Positions 60,063-64,000 of a DNA stretch of 64,000 bases are shown here, in pieces. The translations under genes were made by a program, and so were the position numbers. The DNA lies in assembly GCA_965221635.1 (NCBI GenBank), contig OZ244902.1, forward strand, positions 1-64,000, written 5' to 3'. How positions within the stretch are numbered: position 1 is the first letter of the stretch; every line of letters begins with the position of its first letter. This DNA is from Candidatus Aldehydirespiratoraceae bacterium. GTDB lineage: Bacteria > Actinomycetota > Acidimicrobiia > Acidimicrobiales > Aldehydirespiratoraceae. Under the pieces are notes generated by a model that was given only the letters and a program-made list of their open reading frames with translations, was not told the DNA's origin and did not search any database.

Positions 60063-60854
60063 TTAGGTGATGGTCATTTGGTTTAGGCGGGATGTGGTGG
60101 CTGCTATTGCGCCGATGGTTGCTGCGAGCAGCACTATGACCGCGGTGGCTGTTGACACTGAGGCCACGCCCAGCTCGGCGTTGGTGGGGTTTTCGAGCAG
60201 CGACCGGGTGTAGCCGTGCAGCGACAGGCGGGCCGGCAGCCTGGCAATGGTGGCGGCGATGCCTTCCCACACCAGCATGTAAGCGAGCCCCCACAGGACT
60301 GCCCGTTTCAGCAGCACCCCGACCAGCACGAACACGCTGCTGTAGGCGAGCGTTCCGTACACCGACGCCCACACTGCACCCACCACAAGTTCACCGGCAG
60401 CGGTCGTGTCCCCACCCACGATGAACGCGGTTGCCACCGTGGGGATCACCACCAGCGGCAGGCCCACGGTGGTTGCAGCCGCGGCGGCTGCGATCGCTAT
60501 GGAGGAGCGGTCCATGGGACGCAACCACAGGTACATCAGCGTTCCGTCGTCGCGGGCGTTGGCCAGCACCGAAATGGCGAACAGCAGAGTCACCAGCGGC
60601 AGAACCACGATCAGCCCGAAACCGTCAACGAAACGGGCAGCGGCGGTGACTCTTTCCTCGTCGGAAACGAAAGAGTCGAAGCTGAGGCGAATCCCCAGCC
60701 CGGTGAGCATCATCGCCACACCGAGAAGCCCCAGCGCCACCAGGCGGCCCGGGCCGAGGATTTGGCGTAGCAGCACCCTGTAGCAGAGCGCCACCGCCTT
60801 GTGCCGCGGCACGAACCGCTCCCTGTGGGGCGTCGAGCGCGAAGGCGGGGTCAT
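60063..60854 (-). CDS. ABC-2 type transporter permease
   Basis: Six predicted TM helices. It overlaps the upstream ATPase gene by 4 bp. Confidence 0.7.
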   Translation of the reverse strand: MTPPSRSTPHRERFVPRHKAVALCYRVLLRQILGPGRLVALGLLGVAMMLTGLGIRLSFDSFVSDEERVTAAARFVDGFGLIVVLPLVTLLFAISVLANARDDGTLMYLWLRPMDRSSIAIAAAAAATTVGLPLVVIPTVATAFIVGGDTTAAGELVVGAVWASVYGTLAYSSVFVLVGVLLKRAVLWGLAYMLVWEGIAATIARLPARLSLHGYTRSLLENPTNAELGVASVSTATAVIVLLAATIGAIAATTSRLNQMTIT

Positions 60855-61807
60855 CGGCGACCCTCCACCAGGTAGCGGAATACCGATTCGAGGTCGTCGT
60901 CGAGGGGATCCACACGGCTGAGGCGCACACCGAGACGGCCCGCCAGCGGCGCCAGTTCGCGCCCGAGGCGGTCAACGGTGAAGGTGTCCACCACCAGCGA
61001 CGAATCCCCCACGCTCAAACCCACCACGGCACCCGATTCCACCAGCGCCGCCCCGAAACGCCGCGGTTCGGACACCCCGAGGTGGATCCGGTGGGGGCGG
61101 TCGTCCATCATCTCGCGAAGCGTGCGGTAGTCACCCGCGGCGGCGAGACGGCCCTGGGCGATCACCAGCACCCTGGATCCGAGTCGTGCCACCTCTTCGA
61201 GAACATGGCTCGACACCAGCACGCAACGGCCGCGGTCGCCGAGGTCGTGGAACAGTTCGATCATGCGGCGGCGCTGCAACGGGTCGAGGCCGGTGAGGGG
61301 CTCGTCGAGGATCAGCACCTCCGGGTCGTGAACGAGCGCCGCGGCGAGCTTCACCCGCTGGCGCATTCCCTTGGAGTACGCCGACACCGGTTTGGGGTCG
61401 CCATGGTCGAGTTGCACCACCTCCAAAGCGGAGCGAGCCGCATCGTCGGGGGCTTCCAGGCCGAAAGTGGCAGCAGCGATCTTCACGAACTGCAAGGCGC
61501 TGAGCCGGTCGAACAGGGCGTCTTGTTGGGGCACCAAACCGATGCGGCCCCGCACTCCCCTGTCGAGGCGCGCATCGGAGCCCAGCACCCGCACCGAGCC
61601 CTTGGACGGGGGCGCCAGGCCACAGATCATGTGAAACAAGGTGGACTTGCCCGCGCCGTTTGGGCCGAGCAGAGCGGTCACGCCGGGCCGCACCGAGAAG
61701 CTCACGTCTGACACGGCCACCACGTCGCCGAATCTCTTGGACACGCCGGCCACCTCGATCATCGCAGGCGCTTCAGCGGCAACGGTGGCGGCCATGTCGG
61801 GCGGCAT
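60851..61807 (-). CDS. ABC transporter ATP-binding protein (ABC-2/DrrA-like)
   Basis: Motifs GPNGAGKST, MRQRVKLAAAL and ILDEPLTGLD. ATG verified at 61807. The ORF-track start at 62149 overlaps the upstream gene and is rejected. Confidence 0.85.
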   Translation of the reverse strand: MPPDMAATVAAEAPAMIEVAGVSKRFGDVVAVSDVSFSVRPGVTALLGPNGAGKSTLFHMICGLAPPSKGSVRVLGSDARLDRGVRGRIGLVPQQDALFDRLSALQFVKIAAATFGLEAPDDAARSALEVVQLDHGDPKPVSAYSKGMRQRVKLAAALVHDPEVLILDEPLTGLDPLQRRRMIELFHDLGDRGRCVLVSSHVLEEVARLGSRVLVIAQGRLAAAGDYRTLREMMDDRPHRIHLGVSEPRRFGAALVESGAVVGLSVGDSSLVVDTFTVDRLGRELAPLAGRLGVRLSRVDPLDDDLESVFRYLVEGRR

Positions 61808-61830
61808 CGAATCGTTGGCGGCCACGACGA

Positions 61831-62751
61831 TCAGCCTGCGCCCAGCTTGCGGTAACGCCACCACACCACGGCGCCGCCCACCGCGATCCAGCCAAGGTTG
61901 GCCGCCAACACCAGCAACGAGGAAATGCCCGGATAGAGGCCCCGTTCGCCGTAGATGCGGAACACAAGCTCGTAAGCAATGTCGCTCACCGACAGGAGCA
62001 TCAGGTGCTCGCTCAAGTCGGCTTCGTTCACCAGCCCGCCGATCACCAAACCCGTGGCGAACAGGAAAACGATCACGCCGACCGAGGCCAGGGCACGCCG
62101 GTCGGTGAGGCACGCGGCGGCCAAGGCAGCAACCGCGAACGGGGCACACACCGCAACGCCGGCGACGATGATTCGCAGCAGGGTCAGCAGCCAGTTACCG
62201 AACCCGTCGGGGCCGGACCCGCCGAAGGTGTGGCCGATCAGCAACACCAGCACCGGGCCGATGGTGATGATGCTCAACGCCAGAGCCACTGCCGCGGTCT
62301 TGGAAGCAAGGTAGCTGCCGGTCTGCAGCGGCGTGGAGAGGTACAGCGGCAGCATCCCACTGCGACGGTCGCTCACCAGCACCTCGGGAACCACGATCCC
62401 GCAGAACAACAACAGCAGGAGCGCGATCCCCTCCAAATATTCGGAGTAACGCACAAGCGCATCCGGCTCGATCACCGCGGAAAACACCAGCGTTATGCCC
62501 ACGACCACCATGGCCGGCACCAACGACAAGGCGATCACCAGCCACGGCAGGATCTTGTGACGGGCGCTGCGGCCCAAACCCAAACACGACCGCAGCGAGA
62601 ACACCGTCACCGAACGCATCGAACCCGACAAGCCGAACCGCGGTCCGGTGTAGGCGCGGTAACCCCGATCGAAGATCTGGTCGCCGCCGTCGTTGCCGAC
62701 GGGCCCGCCGTTTGGCGTGCTGTTGGTGGTGCCTGCGCCGGGATCGGTCAT
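61831..62751 (-). CDS. ABC-2 type transporter permease
   Basis: Multi-TM protein. ATG verified at 62751. Confidence 0.7.
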   Translation of the reverse strand: MTDPGAGTTNSTPNGGPVGNDGGDQIFDRGYRAYTGPRFGLSGSMRSVTVFSLRSCLGLGRSARHKILPWLVIALSLVPAMVVVGITLVFSAVIEPDALVRYSEYLEGIALLLLLFCGIVVPEVLVSDRRSGMLPLYLSTPLQTGSYLASKTAAVALALSIITIGPVLVLLIGHTFGGSGPDGFGNWLLTLLRIIVAGVAVCAPFAVAALAAACLTDRRALASVGVIVFLFATGLVIGGLVNEADLSEHLMLLSVSDIAYELVFRIYGERGLYPGISSLLVLAANLGWIAVGGAVVWWRYRKLGAG

Positions 62752-62806
62752 GACTCGACCCTGTCGAACGGCACGGCGATCGCCGCCGGTGTTGCCCTGT
62801 GCTCGG

Positions 62807-63736
62807 TCACGCTGCTGACCTGTCGAAGAGGTCTTCGAGGCTGCGGCGCCGTCTGCCGAGCCGGTTGATGCGCGCCCCCTCGGCGGCCACGGCGTCTCTT
62901 GTGTGGTCACAAAGCGCGTCGAAGTCGGCGCCGGTGATCACCATTCGGGTGGCGTTGCGGTCCACCGTCAAACCCGCGGCCACCAATGCTGCGTGGACGC
63001 CTGCCACGGAGGGCGCCAGATCGCCAAGGTCGGACAACTCCAACATCAAGCCTTCGTCGTCGCCAACCAGGTCGGCAATGGCGCCGCCTGCCACCATCGT
63101 GCCGGCGTCGAGCACCACCACGTTGTCACACACTCGCTCCACCTCTCCGAGCTGATGCGACGACAACAGCACGTCCATGGAGAAGTCCTCGGCTATCTGG
63201 CGGATCAGTGCCAGCATTTCGGTGCGCTGCACCGGATCGAGGCCGTCGGTGGGTTCATCCAGCAGCACCAGACTCGGATCGGAGGCCACGGCCTGAGCGA
63301 GCTTCACCCGCTGGCGCTGCCCGGTGGACATGGTGCCCAACGTGCGGAAGCGCTCCTCACCGAGGCCCACCAGCCACAACACGTCCGAGGCTCTGGTGCG
63401 GGCCTCGCCGCGCGGCAGGCCACGAACTTCGGCCATGTGGCGCACGAAGTCCACGGCTCGCATGTCGTCGGGCAACACGTTGCGCTCGGGCGCGAACCCC
63501 AGCAAGGCCCGCAACTCGGCCCCCGCGGCGAAAGGGTCACGGCCCAGCACGTTCAGCGACCCGGAGGTGGGTCTGCGCAAGCCCAGGATTGCGTTCATCA
63601 AAGTCGTCTTGCCTGCGCCGTTCGCGCCCACGAGGCCGGTCACGCCCGGCGCGATGCCGGCAGTCACGTCGTTGAGCGCAACCGTGTGCCCGAAGCGTTG
63701 AGTGAGCGACATGGTCGCCACCACGGGATCGCTCAC
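62807..63736 (-). CDS. ABC transporter ATP-binding protein
   Basis: Motifs GANGAGKTT, MSTGQRQRVKLAQAV and VLLDEPTDGLD. Confidence 0.85.
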   Translation of the reverse strand: MSDPVVATMSLTQRFGHTVALNDVTAGIAPGVTGLVGANGAGKTTLMNAILGLRRPTSGSLNVLGRDPFAAGAELRALLGFAPERNVLPDDMRAVDFVRHMAEVRGLPRGEARTRASDVLWLVGLGEERFRTLGTMSTGQRQRVKLAQAVASDPSLVLLDEPTDGLDPVQRTEMLALIRQIAEDFSMDVLLSSHQLGEVERVCDNVVVLDAGTMVAGGAIADLVGDDEGLMLELSDLGDLAPSVAGVHAALVAAGLTVDRNATRMVITGADFDALCDHTRDAVAAEGARINRLGRRRRSLEDLFDRSAA

Positions 63737-63792
63737 GGCGCCCCTACTCCCGGCTTGCGCATACTGCGTTCAACATAATGCGAGTTCCGCCG

Positions 63793-63845
63793 CCTGGTGG
63801 GCATCACTGGTGGGCATTGCTGGTGGGCATCACAGGTGGGCGATG
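63793..63845. repeat. 12–13-bp tandem repeat (ctggtgggcatca), about 4 copies
   Basis: Read at the 3' end of, and just downstream of, the partial permease gene. Confidence 0.7.
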
Positions 63846-64000
63846 GCGTTGAGGATGTTCATCCGACCGGCCCGACGAGCGGGGAAGATGGCCGCCACAA
63901 GCCCGGCCACTCCGGCCAGGATCACGTACACCAACAGCGTGACCACCGGGATGGCCACGTCGTCCACGAAAGTGTCGGGAATGGCGATGGTGGCCGCCAC
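63830..64000 (-). CDS. Partial CDS: FtsX/MacB-like ABC permease C-terminus (5' end beyond window)
   Basis: The minus-strand frame translates ...VTLLVYVILAGVAGLVAAIFPARRAGRMNILNAIAHL*. The PARRA motif is typical of the C-terminus of FtsX-family permeases. Confidence 0.4.
   Translation of the reverse strand: MAATIAIPDTFVDDVAIPVVTLLVYVILAGVAGLVAAIFPARRAGRMNILNAIAHL

Noticed and set aside
61660-62868. 402-aa plus-strand ORF
   Set aside because: Antisense to the ABC-2 permease and ATPase genes. R/Q/H-rich composition.

Overview
This 64 kb window comes from a high-GC genome of actinobacterial type. It is densely packed on both strands with housekeeping and lipid/CoA-metabolism genes. These include a DppBCDF-like peptide ABC importer with its lipoprotein substrate-binding protein, a flotillin/NfeD pair, a cyclase–ribokinase–nucleoside hydrolase cluster, and metY with a CoA-binding gene. 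Also present are map, a SulP transporter, an Fpg/Nei glycosylase, mdh, a heterodimeric ABC exporter, icd, leuA, a PAC2 protein, a truncated haemoglobin, and many SDR, enoyl-CoA hydratase and LLM flavin oxidoreductase genes. At the 3' end is a duplicated ABC-2 exporter module.

The most unusual region is a roughly 3.7 kb island at about 32.6–36.4 kb with visibly lower GC than its surroundings. It sits between icd and a PlsC-like acyltransferase and carries a two-gene cassette. The first gene encodes an OLD-family ABC-ATPase plus TOPRIM nuclease (GajA-like). It is followed immediately by a UvrD/PcrA-like helicase (GajB-like). This is the Gabija/Class-2-OLD antiphage architecture, apparently horizontally acquired.

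A second recurring signal is a set of at least eight unrelated short tandem-repeat arrays with 12–36 bp units. They lie in intergenic regions or at the 3' ends of genes and are explained by no feature. One sits directly upstream of a methylmalonyl-CoA-mutase-like gene, and another encodes an in-frame Ser/Gly repeat within that gene. A candidate leader peptide plus hairpin lies upstream of leuA.

All calls come from reading the six-frame ORF track and the raw sequence by eye. No database searches were run.
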